Origin: an uncultured bacterium
Lineage (GTDB): Bacteria; Omnitrophota; Omnitrophia; Omnitrophales; Aquincolibacteriaceae
DNA: 61,942 nucleotides
Reading direction: 5' to 3'
NCBI GenBank assembly: GCA_964410905.1
Contig: CAYPIR010000009.1
Coordinates: 1-61,942, forward strand
The notes below the pieces were generated by a model. That model was given only the letters and a program-made list of their open reading frames with translations. It had not been told where the DNA came from and ran no database searches. Position numbers and translations under genes: made by a program. Every line of letters starts with the position of its first letter. Position 1 is the stretch's first letter. Positions 18,799-29,776 of the stretch are shown in pieces.

Positions 18799-19543
18799 AA
18801 TCGTTGTTCATCCTTCCTTTTATGAATTCATTAAAACATTCTGGTATTGCGGAGGTTAATCGCATCCGTCTTTTTGTTACTGGGTGAACAAATTCCAAAG
18901 ATGAAGCGTGAAGCGAAAGTCGTTTTGCTTTAACGGTGTCAATCATAGAATCTTGCCAACCCAATTTTACATACATTTCAAAAATCTGCGGATTAATATA
19001 AATCTTATCTCCAACGACAGGCGCGCCAATAAACGAAAAATGGGCGCGGATCTGATGCGTCCTTCCCGTTTCCGGCAAAACTCGAACAAGTGTATAAACG
19101 CCGTTAGATTCCAATACCTCATAATTTGTCTTAGCGGTTTCCCCAAGCGGATCGGGGCATCGGACACGGTATTGATATTTAAAATCTGTTCCAAGCGGGA
19201 TACTTATGTCGCTTTTGCGCTGCTTGGGCGTTCCGAGTAAAATCGCGTGGTATTCTTTTTTTATGGTGTGCGCTTGAAATAATTTTCCAAGTTCACCCGC
19301 GACTTTTGCGTTTTTAGCGACAATGGTCAATCCGCTAGTTTCAGAGTCCAATCGATTTACTATGCGAAAATCCGCGCCGCGAGGAGAAAAATCCTTCACT
19401 AAAATGCTAAGTAGATTTTTTTCTTTAAATTTTCCAACAGCATGGACCGGAAGAGGCGCGGGTTTATCTATTGCTAAAAAAAACTCGTCTTCAAAAATAA
19501 CTTCGTAATTAGTGGCAACGTATAAATCCGCTTCATTTCTCAT
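18788..19543 (-). CDS. RluA-family pseudouridine synthase (no S4 domain)
   Basis: IVNRLDSETSGL (catalytic Asp motif) and HQIRAH motifs. 251 aa. Confidence 0.85.
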   Translation of the reverse strand: MRNEADLYVATNYEVIFEDEFFLAIDKPAPLPVHAVGKFKEKNLLSILVKDFSPRGADFRIVNRLDSETSGLTIVAKNAKVAGELGKLFQAHTIKKEYHAILLGTPKQRKSDISIPLGTDFKYQYRVRCPDPLGETAKTNYEVLESNGVYTLVRVLPETGRTHQIRAHFSFIGAPVVGDKIYINPQIFEMYVKLGWQDSMIDTVKAKRLSLHASSLEFVHPVTKRRMRLTSAIPECFNEFIKGRMNNDYGK

Positions 19544-19684
19544 GAATTCATTTCCAGATTAGATTTCGCATAAGCACTTCCCACTTTCGCGGAGACAGAG
19601 TAATTCTCTTTTTAATTAACAAGCAATGGCACGAGGCATACGCGGATGCTTGATAATTGAGAAGAGAATTTTTATGCCTACACA

Positions 19685-20464
19685 TCAACTTCTGTTATTC
19701 CCCAAAAAATTTTCACAATTTTGCCAAACGCTTTTCTCCAGCATTTGCAAATCAACTCCGCGGGTGCGAGCCGCAATCTCATACGCTTCCAAAAGATATT
19801 TTTTATAACTTTTCGCGGTGATTTCTCCTCCGATTTTCCCCGGTTCAACATAAGGAAAATCTGTTTCTAGAAGCAATTTATTGTCAGGAACCATTTTAAC
19901 CGATTCTAAAAGTTCTCGTTTTTCTTTTCTCAGCCACTTCCACGAAAAAGAAATATAAAATCCCAACTTTATAAGTTCTGCCAATGTTTCCCGCGAACCG
20001 TGATATGAATGAATCATCAGCCGCGCTTTCTTTGGTTTTTTATTCCGAAAAAGATCTAAAAAAACTCCCCACGCTTGAACGCAATGAATTGACACTGGCA
20101 AAGCCGAGCGTTCGGCAATTTCTAAATGCCGGCTAAACACAACAATTTGTTTTTCAAGTGCGTTTTCCGGTTTGATTTTATCAAGCCCCGTTTCGCCTAA
20201 TCCCCAAATTGTTTTTTTTAGTTTCTCTAATTCCGCATCCCAAAAATCTTTTGCCTCATCCGCGTACCAAGGATGTATCCCATAAAAAGGCGTTACAAGT
20301 TTTGGATATTTATCCGCGATTTCAAAAACATTTTTCCAGTCCTTAGGACTTGTCGCTTGGCATAAAAATTTACCGAAATTATTTTGTAGCGCGGAAGTTA
20401 GAATCTCCTCCAAAACATTCTTGTTGGTAATATCTTGAAGATGAAGATGCGCGTCTAAAAACAT
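19685..20464 (-). CDS. TatD-family metal-dependent hydrolase
   Basis: N-terminal DAHLHL motif, internal HC/HSY metal ligands and a C-terminal LLETDFPY motif. 259 aa. Confidence 0.85.
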   Translation of the reverse strand: MFLDAHLHLQDITNKNVLEEILTSALQNNFGKFLCQATSPKDWKNVFEIADKYPKLVTPFYGIHPWYADEAKDFWDAELEKLKKTIWGLGETGLDKIKPENALEKQIVVFSRHLEIAERSALPVSIHCVQAWGVFLDLFRNKKPKKARLMIHSYHGSRETLAELIKLGFYISFSWKWLRKEKRELLESVKMVPDNKLLLETDFPYVEPGKIGGEITAKSYKKYLLEAYEIAARTRGVDLQMLEKSVWQNCENFLGNNRS

Positions 20465-20467
20465 TGG

Positions 20468-21421
20468 CTAGCCGCGCGGGTGGAATTGCTTGTGAATAGA
20501 TTTTAGCCGGCTGCCGGAAACGTGCGTGTAAATTTGCGTTGTAGAAATATCCGCGTGGCCCAAGAGCTCTTGGACAACGCGAAGATCTGCCCCGCGTTCT
20601 AAAAGATGCGTGGCAAAAGAATGCCTAAATGTGTGCGGCATAATTTCTTTTGTAATTCCAGCCTTGCGCGCGTAAATTTTAATTTGACGCCAGACAAATT
20701 GCCGCGTCATTCCGGTATGTTTATGAATAAAAAAATGTTCTGTTTTAGGTTTTAGTTCCGCGCGCGCATTTTTAAAATATTTTCGGCACGCGTCAACGGC
20801 AACGCTTCCCACCGGAACAAGACGTTCTTTGCTTCCCTTTCCAAAACATTTGATAAATTTGTTATCAAGATGAACATTCTCAACGGTAATAGTAATAATT
20901 TCCGAAACTCGCATTCCCGTCGCATACAAACATTCCAAAAGCGCTTTGTCTCGCAACCCTTCAGGCGTTTTGACATCAGGCATTTGGAGAATCGCGTTCA
21001 TTTCTTCTACAGTTAAAAACTGCGGCAATTTTTTCCAAAGTTTTGGCGACTCCAAAACGCTTGTAATATCGCTTTCGACATAACGCTCTTGAGTAAGAAA
21101 TCTATGAAAAAGTTTAACGGTTACAAGTGCGCGCGAAACAGAAGCGGAGTCAAGCCCACGAATACCCTCTGAATCTAAAAATTTCATAATTTGAGCACGC
21201 GTAACTAATTTCCAATCCGTGAAATTTTGTTTTTTCAAGAACGCGTAATAATGCGCAAGATCTCTTCTGTAAGCTAGAATAGTATTTTCCGAAAGCCCTT
21301 TTTCTACCGATAAATAATCAAAAAAAGCTGTGAAAAGTCTCTCGTTTTCATCTTTTATTGCGGTCGCCTGAGGTGTTATTTCCGATGTTTCCATATTTTG
21401 CGTTGCAAATTCTTTTTCCAT
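20468..21421 (-). CDS. xerD: tyrosine site-specific recombinase XerD/XerC type
   Basis: ATGMRVSE (Arg I), HTFRHSFATHLL (HxxR) and LGHADISTTQIYTHV (catalytic Tyr) motifs. The XerD-like C-terminal tail ends in HPRG. Confidence 0.8.
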   Translation of the reverse strand: MEKEFATQNMETSEITPQATAIKDENERLFTAFFDYLSVEKGLSENTILAYRRDLAHYYAFLKKQNFTDWKLVTRAQIMKFLDSEGIRGLDSASVSRALVTVKLFHRFLTQERYVESDITSVLESPKLWKKLPQFLTVEEMNAILQMPDVKTPEGLRDKALLECLYATGMRVSEIITITVENVHLDNKFIKCFGKGSKERLVPVGSVAVDACRKYFKNARAELKPKTEHFFIHKHTGMTRQFVWRQIKIYARKAGITKEIMPHTFRHSFATHLLERGADLRVVQELLGHADISTTQIYTHVSGSRLKSIHKQFHPRG

Positions 21422-21467
21422 AAAACAAGTATCGGCAAACGCTGTCTCGAGTCTTAGCCGGAAGTCC

Positions 21468-23168
21468 TCACTTCACTTTTTGGACAATTTTGCTCCAAGT
21501 ATCTCGCAAAGTCACAATGCGGTTAAAAACCGGTTTTTCTTCCGCGGAATCTTCCGGATCCGCGAAAAAATATCCCGTTCGTTCAAACTGAACACGTTCG
21601 CCTGATTTTAACTTTGCCAACGCTGGTTCCAGTTTTGCTTCTTTTATAATTTCCAAAGAATTCGGATTAAGATTCGCGAATATATCTTTTCCCTCGGGGA
21701 AATCGCTTGGATCTTTTGCCGCGAATAAATGGTCATAAAGTCTAACTTCGGAAGAAACCGCATGTTTTGCGGAAACCCAATGAATAGTTCCCTTCACTTT
21801 GCGCCCATCTGGCGGGTTATTGCCTCCGCGAGTTTGAGGGTCATATGCGCAATGAACTTCCGTTATCCTGCCCGATGCGTCCTTAATCACCTTTTCGCAT
21901 TTTATAAAATAAGCATAGCGAAGACGAACTTCCTGACCGGGCGTAAGTCTAAAATATTTCGGCGGTGGGACCTCTTTAAAATCATCTTGCTCAATATAAA
22001 TCTCGCGAGAAAACGGGATTTTACGGATCCCTGCGTTTACGTCTTCAGGATTATTTATCGCTTCCAATTCCTCTTCTTTATCTTCGGGGTAGTTTGTGAT
22101 TACTACTTTTAGAGGTTTCAAAACCGCCATCATTCGCGGCGCAGTTTTGTTAAGCTCTTCGCGAATAGCGTTTTCCAACACGACAAAATCGATTGTGCTG
22201 TTAAATTTCGCCACGCCAATTTGTTCACAAAAATGTCTGAGCGCGGACGCGGTATAGCCACGCCTTCTAATCCCGGAGAGAGTCGGCATTCTTGGATCGT
22301 TCCATCCGGAAACAATTTTTTCCTTCACCAGTTTTAACAAGATACGCTTGCTCAAAACCGTATGCGTTAAATTAAGTCGAGCAAATTCAATTTGTTGCGG
22401 GTGATGGATGCCCAGTTCGTTTAAAAACCAATCGTAAAGAGGACGGTTGTTTTCAAATTCAAGCGTGCAAATAGAATGAGTGATTCCTTCTATAGAATCC
22501 GAAACGCAATGCGTGAAATCATACATCGGATAAATGCACCATTTATCTCCGGTTCGATGATGAGATGCTTTTTTGATACGATACATCGTTGGATCGCGCA
22601 TGGTTATATTAGGAGACGCCATATTAATTTTAGCTCGGAGAACTCGCGAGCCGTCAGAAAATTCGCCATTTTTCATACGTTCAAAAAGATTTAAATTTTC
22701 TTCAACCGTTCTATCGCGATAAGGACTTTGGCGGCCGGGTTCAGTCAATGTCCCGCGATATTCCCGCTGCTCATCCGCAGTTAAATCACAAACATAGGCT
22801 TTTCCTCTTTTTATAAGTGTGATCGCATGATTATAAAGTTCGTCAAAATAATCCGAAGCGTAGAATTCTCTTGTATTCCAATCAAATCCCAGCCAGCGGA
22901 CATCTTCACGAATTGAATCGACATATTCAACTTCTTCTTTTTCGGGGTTCGTGTCGTCAAAACGCAAATTGCACAGACCTTTATAATCACGCGCGATACC
23001 GAAGTTTAAGCAAATAGATTTAGCGTGTCCTATGTGCAAATAACCGTTTGGCTCCGGAGGAAACCTCGTGTGAATGCACTTGCCGTTTTTTCCGTTCACG
23101 ATATCCGTATCAATAATTTCTCTAATAAAATTTGACGCTCGTTTTTCTTCACTCATTGTTTTGTCCAT
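21468..23168 (-). CDS. glnS: glutamine--tRNA ligase
   Basis: [17 protein letters not shown] (HIGH) and VLSKR (KMSKS-like) motifs, with a GlnRS-type C-terminal beta-barrel region. 566 aa. Confidence 0.9.
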   Translation of the reverse strand: MDKTMSEEKRASNFIREIIDTDIVNGKNGKCIHTRFPPEPNGYLHIGHAKSICLNFGIARDYKGLCNLRFDDTNPEKEEVEYVDSIREDVRWLGFDWNTREFYASDYFDELYNHAITLIKRGKAYVCDLTADEQREYRGTLTEPGRQSPYRDRTVEENLNLFERMKNGEFSDGSRVLRAKINMASPNITMRDPTMYRIKKASHHRTGDKWCIYPMYDFTHCVSDSIEGITHSICTLEFENNRPLYDWFLNELGIHHPQQIEFARLNLTHTVLSKRILLKLVKEKIVSGWNDPRMPTLSGIRRRGYTASALRHFCEQIGVAKFNSTIDFVVLENAIREELNKTAPRMMAVLKPLKVVITNYPEDKEEELEAINNPEDVNAGIRKIPFSREIYIEQDDFKEVPPPKYFRLTPGQEVRLRYAYFIKCEKVIKDASGRITEVHCAYDPQTRGGNNPPDGRKVKGTIHWVSAKHAVSSEVRLYDHLFAAKDPSDFPEGKDIFANLNPNSLEIIKEAKLEPALAKLKSGERVQFERTGYFFADPEDSAEEKPVFNRIVTLRDTWSKIVQKVK

Positions 23169-23176
23169 TCTTAAAA

Positions 23177-24457
23177 TTAAGAAACAAAATTATTTAATCG
23201 CTTAAGACAAAGTTCTTTTCCCAAAATGCTCATCAAATCAAAAATGCCGGGCGTCGCCGTCTTAGCCGTCAAAACATATCGCAGTGGATGAATCACATCT
23301 TTCGGTTTCAGCCCTATTTCTTCGATAAACTTTTTCACAGAGGCTTCAAGCAATACCACGTCATCGAAACTATCAAGTGCGCCTAAAACTTCCGCGAGCT
23401 TTTTGAAGTTTTCAAGCAGCGCCGCATTTCCCTTCACTTCATTATTCATAGCTTCATCTTGATATTCCACCTCTCCCAAAATGTAAGTCGTTTGTTCTTC
23501 CAGCTCACTAAACGTCTGTATTCTGGGTCGATAAAGCGCGATTATTTTTTTCCATTTTTCCGGCGTTAAGGTCTGTGATTTTTCTTTGTAAAAATCCGTG
23601 ATTATTTTTTCATATTCAGACTCTAATATCGTTCGAATGTGCTGCGCGTTAACCCACAAAAGTTTTTCAGGATTAAACTGCGCGTTGGATTTGATAATGC
23701 GTTTCAGTGAAAATTGTTTCACAAGTTCGGGGAGTGAAAAAACCTCCTGCGGCGTGCCGGGATTCCAGCCCAAAAGCGCTAAATAATTGATAAGTCCTTC
23801 GGGCAAAAATCCTTTTTTGCGATATTCTGTTACAGCAACCGCGCCGTGCCTCTTTGAAAGAGGCGTTCCGTCCGAGCCAAAAATAAGCGGTAAATGCGCG
23901 TATTTAGGCGGCTTCCACCCAAGCGCCTGTTGAAGCAAAATATGACGCGGCGTATTGGGCAAATGATCTTCGCCGCGTATGACATGCGTAATTCCCATAT
24001 CATGATCATCAACTATTACCGCTAGATGAAATACTGGAAACCCGTCAGACTTTACAATAACCAAATCTTCAAATTCGTTTGAATCATAGACAACTTCCCC
24101 GCGGATAATATCGTAAACTTTGACCTGCGTCTTTGGCATACGAAACTTTATTGCGCCTTCAAATTTATATGCCAAATTTTTAGCTAGCAGCTCGTCAACT
24201 ACTTCTTTATATCGCGCAAGCCGTTCCGTCTGATGAACCAGTTCTTCGTCCCAAGTAAGCCCAAGCCATTTAAGCGACTCCAAAATTTCTTGCTCAAATT
24301 CGGGTGTTGAACGCTGTCTGTCCGTATCTTCTATGCGAAGCAAAAACTTCCCGCCTTGTTGGCGAGCATAAATATAATTAAAAAGCGCGGTGCGCACACC
24401 GCCGATATGAAGATAACCTGTGGGAGAAGGAGCAAAACGCACTCTTATATCGGACAT
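23177..24457 (-). CDS. gltX: glutamate--tRNA ligase
   Basis: [18 protein letters not shown] and PLSKRHG motifs. The GluRS C-terminal end is present ([25 protein letters not shown]). 426 aa, on the short side. Confidence 0.9.
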   Translation of the reverse strand: MSDIRVRFAPSPTGYLHIGGVRTALFNYIYARQQGGKFLLRIEDTDRQRSTPEFEQEILESLKWLGLTWDEELVHQTERLARYKEVVDELLAKNLAYKFEGAIKFRMPKTQVKVYDIIRGEVVYDSNEFEDLVIVKSDGFPVFHLAVIVDDHDMGITHVIRGEDHLPNTPRHILLQQALGWKPPKYAHLPLIFGSDGTPLSKRHGAVAVTEYRKKGFLPEGLINYLALLGWNPGTPQEVFSLPELVKQFSLKRIIKSNAQFNPEKLLWVNAQHIRTILESEYEKIITDFYKEKSQTLTPEKWKKIIALYRPRIQTFSELEEQTTYILGEVEYQDEAMNNEVKGNAALLENFKKLAEVLGALDSFDDVVLLEASVKKFIEEIGLKPKDVIHPLRYVLTAKTATPGIFDLMSILGKELCLKRLNNFVS

Positions 24458-24485
24458 ATATTTAAAACCTCAATTTGATTTTGTT

Positions 24486-25322
24486 TTATTCGCACGGCGG
24501 GAATTTGAAATTCTCTCGCAACGTTTCAAAATAACTTCGTTTAGAACTTTTACCTATCGCGAGCGGGGCATGAAAACGCGTTACTTCCATGCTGTAACTA
24601 TCATCTATTTCCATCTTCTCCTGCCCGTCTGCCGTTAACAACGCTTTTTCTTCCGCGCCATCGACTTTTACTTGAATTTGAATTTTCTCGTCAGCGGAGA
24701 TAACGAGCGCTCGTTGATTGAGCGCGTGCGGACAAATAGGAGTAATGAGAATCGCCTCCATCTTCGGCTGAACTACCGCGCCGCCGGCAGACAGTGAATA
24801 TGCCGTTGACCCAGTGGGAGAGGCTATGACAAGTCCGTCGCCCCTAAAACTTGTAAACTTTTCACCCGTAATCGTTACATCAAGCTGCAAAATACGAGCC
24901 AAACCTTCGCGGCTAATGACAATATCATTCAAAGCGACAAAGCGTCTGGTCGATGCGTCCCTCTTACTTTTGACAATGCAAGAAAGCATCAGCCGTTTTT
25001 CAAAAGAAGGCTTTCCGGCAAAATACGAGCTAAGCTCTTCAAAAACTTCTTCCGCCCGAACTTCCGTTAAAAATCCAACTTTACCAAAATTGACTCCCAT
25101 AATAGGAATCATCTTATGTTTCATCTGACTGATAACGGAAAGGATTGTCCCATCGCCGCCAAGACATAAAAAAAGCGTGGATTCTTCAAGCAGCTCGTCC
25201 ATAGACGCCGACAGAGAGTCTTTTACCGCGATATCGCGCTTGGAAAACCACGTCTTAAGTTTTCCGCACAAATCGACAGCGCCTTGCTTTTCAGGATTTA
25301 CTACAATTCCAATTTGCTCCAT
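24486..25322 (-). CDS. nadK: NAD(+) kinase
   Basis: GGDGT motif (LCLGGDGTILS) and NADK C-terminal motifs (GDGLVIASPTGSTAYSLSAGG). 278 aa. Confidence 0.85.
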   Translation of the reverse strand: MEQIGIVVNPEKQGAVDLCGKLKTWFSKRDIAVKDSLSASMDELLEESTLFLCLGGDGTILSVISQMKHKMIPIMGVNFGKVGFLTEVRAEEVFEELSSYFAGKPSFEKRLMLSCIVKSKRDASTRRFVALNDIVISREGLARILQLDVTITGEKFTSFRGDGLVIASPTGSTAYSLSAGGAVVQPKMEAILITPICPHALNQRALVISADEKIQIQVKVDGAEEKALLTADGQEKMEIDDSYSMEVTRFHAPLAIGKSSKRSYFETLRENFKFPPCE

Positions 25323-25335
25323 ATTTCTCCCCCGT

Positions 25336-25548
25336 CTAATTCACCAATACAGTTTGTCCAGAATATTCTATTGTTTGCCCTTTGCGGATTTTACACGCTT
25401 TTCTTGTTTCTGTCTTTCCGTCTACCGCGACAAATGATTCGGAAATAACATGTTTTGCCTCGCCCCCGCTTGCGCAAAGCCCCGCGGCCTTTAAAAGCTT
25501 GAAAAGCTCTATAAATTCTGTTGTGATTTTAAAATTTATTTTTTCCAT
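25336..25548 (-). CDS. small S4-like RNA-binding protein (YbcJ-like)
   Basis: 70 aa. The pattern EFIELFKLLK..GL..SGGEAK..I....V.VDG..ETRK..KIR.G resembles the YbcJ/S4 family. It overlaps the dxs 3' end by 13 nt. Confidence 0.6.
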   Translation of the reverse strand: MEKINFKITTEFIELFKLLKAAGLCASGGEAKHVISESFVAVDGKTETRKACKIRKGQTIEYSGQTVLVN

Positions 25549-27413
25549 TCAGCCAAAACTCTTTCCGCTATTTTTTCCGGCGACAGACCAAACTCGTCCA
25601 ATTGTTTTTCCCGCGAGCCGTGCTCGATAAATTCATCGGGCAGAAAAAATCTTTTAACTTTAGGCATGTCAATTCCCTTCCCATCTAAAAACTCCAAAAC
25701 TTTTGAACCAAATCCGCCGACGCCGACATGCTCTTCCAAAGTAAAGATGATTTTTGTTTTATTAAGCGAGTCTAAAATCAACTTTTCATCAAGCGGTCTG
25801 GCAAATCGCATATTAACAACTCTTGCCGATACGCCATTTTTCTCCAAAATCTCACGGGCAAGGCACGCGGCCTCAACCATGCTTCCAAGCGCGAGAAACG
25901 TAACATCTGTTCCATCAAAAAGAATTTCGCCTTCTCCGATTCCAAAACTTTTTTTAGGAAAAGACTCAAACAATTTCGAGATATTTCCGCGCGGATATCG
26001 AAGAGCAAAAACCTTGTCGCTCGTCGTGGCAAGTTCCATCATCTTATCCATTTCGTATTCGTCAACAGGAGACGCCATGACAATATTAGGAACAGAACCT
26101 AAGAACGCCATATCGAAAATGCCTTGGTGAGTCGCTCCGTCCGCTCCGACAAGCCCCGCGCGGTCTATTCCTAAAACAATGCCTTTTCGCTGCAACGCGA
26201 CATCATGCATTATTGAATCATACGCGCGCTGCAAAAACGAAGAATAAATAGCGACAACAGGTTTCAGTCCGCCGACCGCGAGCGCGCCCGCAAACGACAC
26301 GGCGTTTTGTTCGGCTATCCCGACATCAAAAAATCTGTCTGGAAATTCTTTTTGAAAAGAGCTGAGACCCGTGCCTGACGGCATCGCGGCTGTAATCGCT
26401 ACAACATTTTTATTCCGTCTCGCGTGCTTTGAAAGCGCGTCAGAAAACGCCTGTGTAAACGAAATTCCGCTTTTGGCTTTATCAGAAACTATTTCAATTT
26501 TTTCTCCAGTTTTTACATTAAAAGGCGTTACTCCATGCCCCTTTTCAATATCTTTCTCAGCGTATGAACAGCCTCGTCCTTTTTGGGTAATCACATGCAA
26601 AAGTATGCAGTCATTAAGAGCCAGCACATCGGTTAGAGTTTTTACCAAAGCCGTTACGTTGTGTCCGTCTACAGGACCAAAATACCTTAACCCTAATTCC
26701 TCAAAAAGAATCCCCGGCACAAACAAATGCTTCATGCTCTCCAGCGAAGAATTGGACATTTTTTTCAGCCTAGGAAATCGCGTCAACTGTTTATCAACTT
26801 CAACGCGGATACGGTTATAGAGAGGATTGGTAATCACACGATTAAGATAACGGCTCAAACCTCCTACATTTTTTGCTATAGACATTTCATTATCATTGAG
26901 AATTATCAGCATTTTTTTCTTCAAATGTCCCGCCGTATTTAACGCCTCAAACGAAAGCCCCGCCGTCATCGCGCCGTCTCCCACAACCGCCACAACATTC
27001 CCGCTCTCTTTTTTGATGTCCCTCGCCACAGAAAGGCCAAGCGCTTGTGAAATAGCTGTCCCAGCGTGTCCGACAATAAATGGGTCATGTTCACTTTCCC
27101 AAGGCGCGGGAAATCCGCTCAATCCGCCCGGCAAACGCAAAGTTCCCATTTTATCTTTGCGCCCCGTAATCATTTTATGAACATACGCTTGATGTCCGAC
27201 ATCAAAACAAATCTTATCTTTGGGCGAATTAAGGACATAATGCAAGGCTACGGTTAGTTCCAAAACTCCTAAACTCGCCCCTAGATGTCCGCCTGTTTTC
27301 GCGACCGTCTCGACAAGAAATTGACGGTATTCTTCAACAACTTCGGGCAGTTTTTCTATGGGGATTTTCTTAAGATCTTCGGGAGATTTTATATTTTCAG
27401 TCCACTGAGTCAT
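25536..27413 (-). CDS. dxs: 1-deoxy-D-xylulose-5-phosphate synthase
   Basis: GHQAYVHK and VVGDGAMTAG ThDP-binding motifs, with transketolase-like middle and C-terminal domains. 625 aa. Confidence 0.92.
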   Translation of the reverse strand: MTQWTENIKSPEDLKKIPIEKLPEVVEEYRQFLVETVAKTGGHLGASLGVLELTVALHYVLNSPKDKICFDVGHQAYVHKMITGRKDKMGTLRLPGGLSGFPAPWESEHDPFIVGHAGTAISQALGLSVARDIKKESGNVVAVVGDGAMTAGLSFEALNTAGHLKKKMLIILNDNEMSIAKNVGGLSRYLNRVITNPLYNRIRVEVDKQLTRFPRLKKMSNSSLESMKHLFVPGILFEELGLRYFGPVDGHNVTALVKTLTDVLALNDCILLHVITQKGRGCSYAEKDIEKGHGVTPFNVKTGEKIEIVSDKAKSGISFTQAFSDALSKHARRNKNVVAITAAMPSGTGLSSFQKEFPDRFFDVGIAEQNAVSFAGALAVGGLKPVVAIYSSFLQRAYDSIMHDVALQRKGIVLGIDRAGLVGADGATHQGIFDMAFLGSVPNIVMASPVDEYEMDKMMELATTSDKVFALRYPRGNISKLFESFPKKSFGIGEGEILFDGTDVTFLALGSMVEAACLAREILEKNGVSARVVNMRFARPLDEKLILDSLNKTKIIFTLEEHVGVGGFGSKVLEFLDGKGIDMPKVKRFFLPDEFIEHGSREKQLDEFGLSPEKIAERVLAEWKK

Positions 27414-28258
27414 TTTTTATCCTGTGTGGGAATTCTTGATTGCAAAAAATCCGCTAAAAATATGAGCGGCTCCGCGTTTTTAAAACTCGCGGCGGCTTTG
27501 CGGGCTTCCGCGATTACTTTTTGAGATTTCAAAACCGCCTCATCATAACTCAATATTTTGCAAACGCCATCTTTATCCAAAATATCGTCTACCAGCTGAA
27601 ACGCAAGCCCTATTAGTTCTCCATAACGTGTAATCATTTTTAAATGCTTGGGTAAAGCGTTCGCGGAAATCGCCCCGGCACGCGCGCAAAGGCGTATCAA
27701 AGCTCCGGTCTTAAGGCGGTTTATAAAGTCATATTCTTTCAAAGTCTTTTTCCGCTTAGGCGACTCTATATCAACAACTTGCCCGCCAATCATTCCGCGC
27801 GTTCCTGAAGCCGCCGCAATTTCTTTGAGAATTTTCACCGCCCGCGTTCCCGACTTTATTTTTGACACGCATTCAAAAGCAAATGTCAAAAGCGCGTCGC
27901 CGGCAAGTATCGCGTTTGCCTCGCCAAATTTTTTATGTGCCGACAATTTACCGCGTCTATAATCATCATTATCAAGCGCGGGTAAATCATCGTGAACAAG
28001 CGAGTAAGTATGTATAAGTTCAATGGCGACAGCAGGCAAAATCGCGTCATGGATATTTCCGCCGCATGCCTCGCACGCGGCCAAAGTCAAGATGGGGCGG
28101 AAGCGTTTTCCTCCCGAAGAAACAGCATATTTCATGGCGCTGTGAATACTCAAAGGCTTAGTTTTATTTTGCCTTAACTGTTTTTGAAGTTCTTGCTCGA
28201 TAAGCCGCAAGTGCGCTTCAAAATATTTCTCATATTCTTTTTGATTTTTATTCGACAT
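27410..28258 (-). CDS. ispA: (2E,6E)-farnesyl diphosphate synthase / polyprenyl synthetase
   Basis: First and second Asp-rich motifs LVHDDLPALDNDDYRRG and QLVDDILD. Start trimmed to the ATG at 28258; the track ORF runs to 28312 inside xseB. Confidence 0.85.
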   Translation of the reverse strand: MSNKNQKEYEKYFEAHLRLIEQELQKQLRQNKTKPLSIHSAMKYAVSSGGKRFRPILTLAACEACGGNIHDAILPAVAIELIHTYSLVHDDLPALDNDDYRRGKLSAHKKFGEANAILAGDALLTFAFECVSKIKSGTRAVKILKEIAAASGTRGMIGGQVVDIESPKRKKTLKEYDFINRLKTGALIRLCARAGAISANALPKHLKMITRYGELIGLAFQLVDDILDKDGVCKILSYDEAVLKSQKVIAEARKAAASFKNAEPLIFLADFLQSRIPTQDKK

Positions 28259-28514
28259 CGCCGCCATCTTCCTTTTTGTTAGGCGCGGCGAACGGTTTCT
28301 TTTTAAACTCACCGTTCAAACCTCGCGTCAAAACTTCTATCTTCTTCTCAGCGTCCGACAGCTTCGCCTGACAAACACCAACAAGCCCGACCGCTTCTTC
28401 ATATCGTTTGATAGCGTCTTCAAGGCTCAACTCACCCGATTCCAACGCCTCAACAATGTTTTCCAAATTTTTCATCGCGGTTTCAAAATCTATTGCTTTT
28501 TCTTTGCTCGCCAT
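28248..28514 (-). CDS. xseB: exodeoxyribonuclease VII small subunit
   Basis: 88 aa. The FE.A...LE.IV..LE.G.LSLE.....YE.G pattern is typical of XseB. It sits between xseA and ispA, as in many bacteria. Confidence 0.85.
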   Translation of the reverse strand: MASKEKAIDFETAMKNLENIVEALESGELSLEDAIKRYEEAVGLVGVCQAKLSDAEKKIEVLTRGLNGEFKKKPFAAPNKKEDGGDVE

Positions 28515-29755
28515 ATTTCACCTTCTTCTTTTTTTATAATTTTAGAGATTAATTTTCCGTCCTGAAGCCTGAGAGTCAAAGTCTCGCCCACTTCCACAGC
28601 TTTAACGCTTTTAATAACTTCTCCCGAATTTCGGACAGCCACGGCATATCCTCGTTCAAGAATGTTAAGCGGATTAAGCGCGTTTAAAAATCCCAAAACT
28701 TTTTCAAAATTTTGTTTCTTTTTTAGTATCCCTTCCTGAAAACGTTTTTGAATATCCCTAGTCAGCTCATCTAAACGCTCTGTTTCCCGCTCCCACAAAC
28801 TCTGCGGCAGTTTCAACGCCGCGCTTTTTTGAAATGTTTCAATCTGCTCTTTAATATTATTTAAAAATCTTTTTACCGCGAACACCAGTCTGGATTTTTT
28901 ATCGCGCAATTGTTCGACAAGTTCCGCCGCGTTTGCCGTAACAAGTTCCGCGGCGGCCGACGGCGTAGGCGCTCGCAAATCCGAAACCATATCGCATATT
29001 GAAAAATCTATTTCATGCCCCACCGCGGAAATTATGGGGATTTTAGACGCATAAACAGCACGAGCCACGACTTCTTCATTAAAAGCCCAAAGATCTTCCA
29101 AACTTCCGCCTCCGCGCCCGACTATTAAAACATCCGCTTCCGCTTGTTCATTCATGGCGGCTATCGCTTCAGCAATTTCTTCCGCCGAACCTTCGCCTTG
29201 GACTCTAACGGGATAAATCAGCAAATGCGTGGAACAAAAGCGTCTCTGGACAATATTTAAAATATCTTGAAGAGCCGCTCCGGTAGGAGATGTAATAACG
29301 CCCACGGTTTTAGGAAATTTTGGGATCGGTTTTTTGCGCGCGTCATCAAACAATCCCTCGCTCATCAATTTTTCTTTTAATTGACGAAGCGCCAACTCAA
29401 GCGCGCCGACACCTTGCGGCTCAACTCGTGTTATGTAGAGCTGGTATTTCCCGCTAACCTCGTAAATTGATATTCGCGCGAATGCTAAAATTTTTAGTCC
29501 GTTTTTCAGCTGAAACTTTAATCCCTTTTGATTTTGAGAAAAAAACGCCGCTGATATTTGCGCGTTTTTATCTTTCAGCGAAAAATACATATGTCCCGAA
29601 CTGTGATGAATAAAATTAGAAATTTCACCTTCTATCCAAACTATACCAAGCTGAGACTCCAAAAGTGTTTTGCTTCGGCGATTAATTTCGCTTACGGAAT
29701 AAACCCGTTTCCCCTCAAAAAGAGATTTGAATGGTTCTTTATTTTCCGTTTCCAT
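28490..29755 (-). CDS. xseA: exodeoxyribonuclease VII large subunit
   Basis: N-terminal OB-fold (VWIEGEISNF..HSSGHMYFSLKD) and catalytic region (GRGGGSLEDLWAFN). 421 aa. Confidence 0.9.
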   Translation of the reverse strand: METENKEPFKSLFEGKRVYSVSEINRRSKTLLESQLGIVWIEGEISNFIHHSSGHMYFSLKDKNAQISAAFFSQNQKGLKFQLKNGLKILAFARISIYEVSGKYQLYITRVEPQGVGALELALRQLKEKLMSEGLFDDARKKPIPKFPKTVGVITSPTGAALQDILNIVQRRFCSTHLLIYPVRVQGEGSAEEIAEAIAAMNEQAEADVLIVGRGGGSLEDLWAFNEEVVARAVYASKIPIISAVGHEIDFSICDMVSDLRAPTPSAAAELVTANAAELVEQLRDKKSRLVFAVKRFLNNIKEQIETFQKSAALKLPQSLWERETERLDELTRDIQKRFQEGILKKKQNFEKVLGFLNALNPLNILERGYAVAVRNSGEVIKSVKAVEVGETLTLRLQDGKLISKIIKKEEGEIWRAKKKQ

Positions 29756-29776
29756 AAATCAAAGCCTGTTCTCAGC

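Noticed and set aside
20468-21421. The tyrosine recombinase as the integrase of the accessory island
   Set aside because: It lies 14 kb from the island inside a housekeeping block. It has the XerD-type C-terminus and length, and is not adjacent to any att-like repeat or tRNA.
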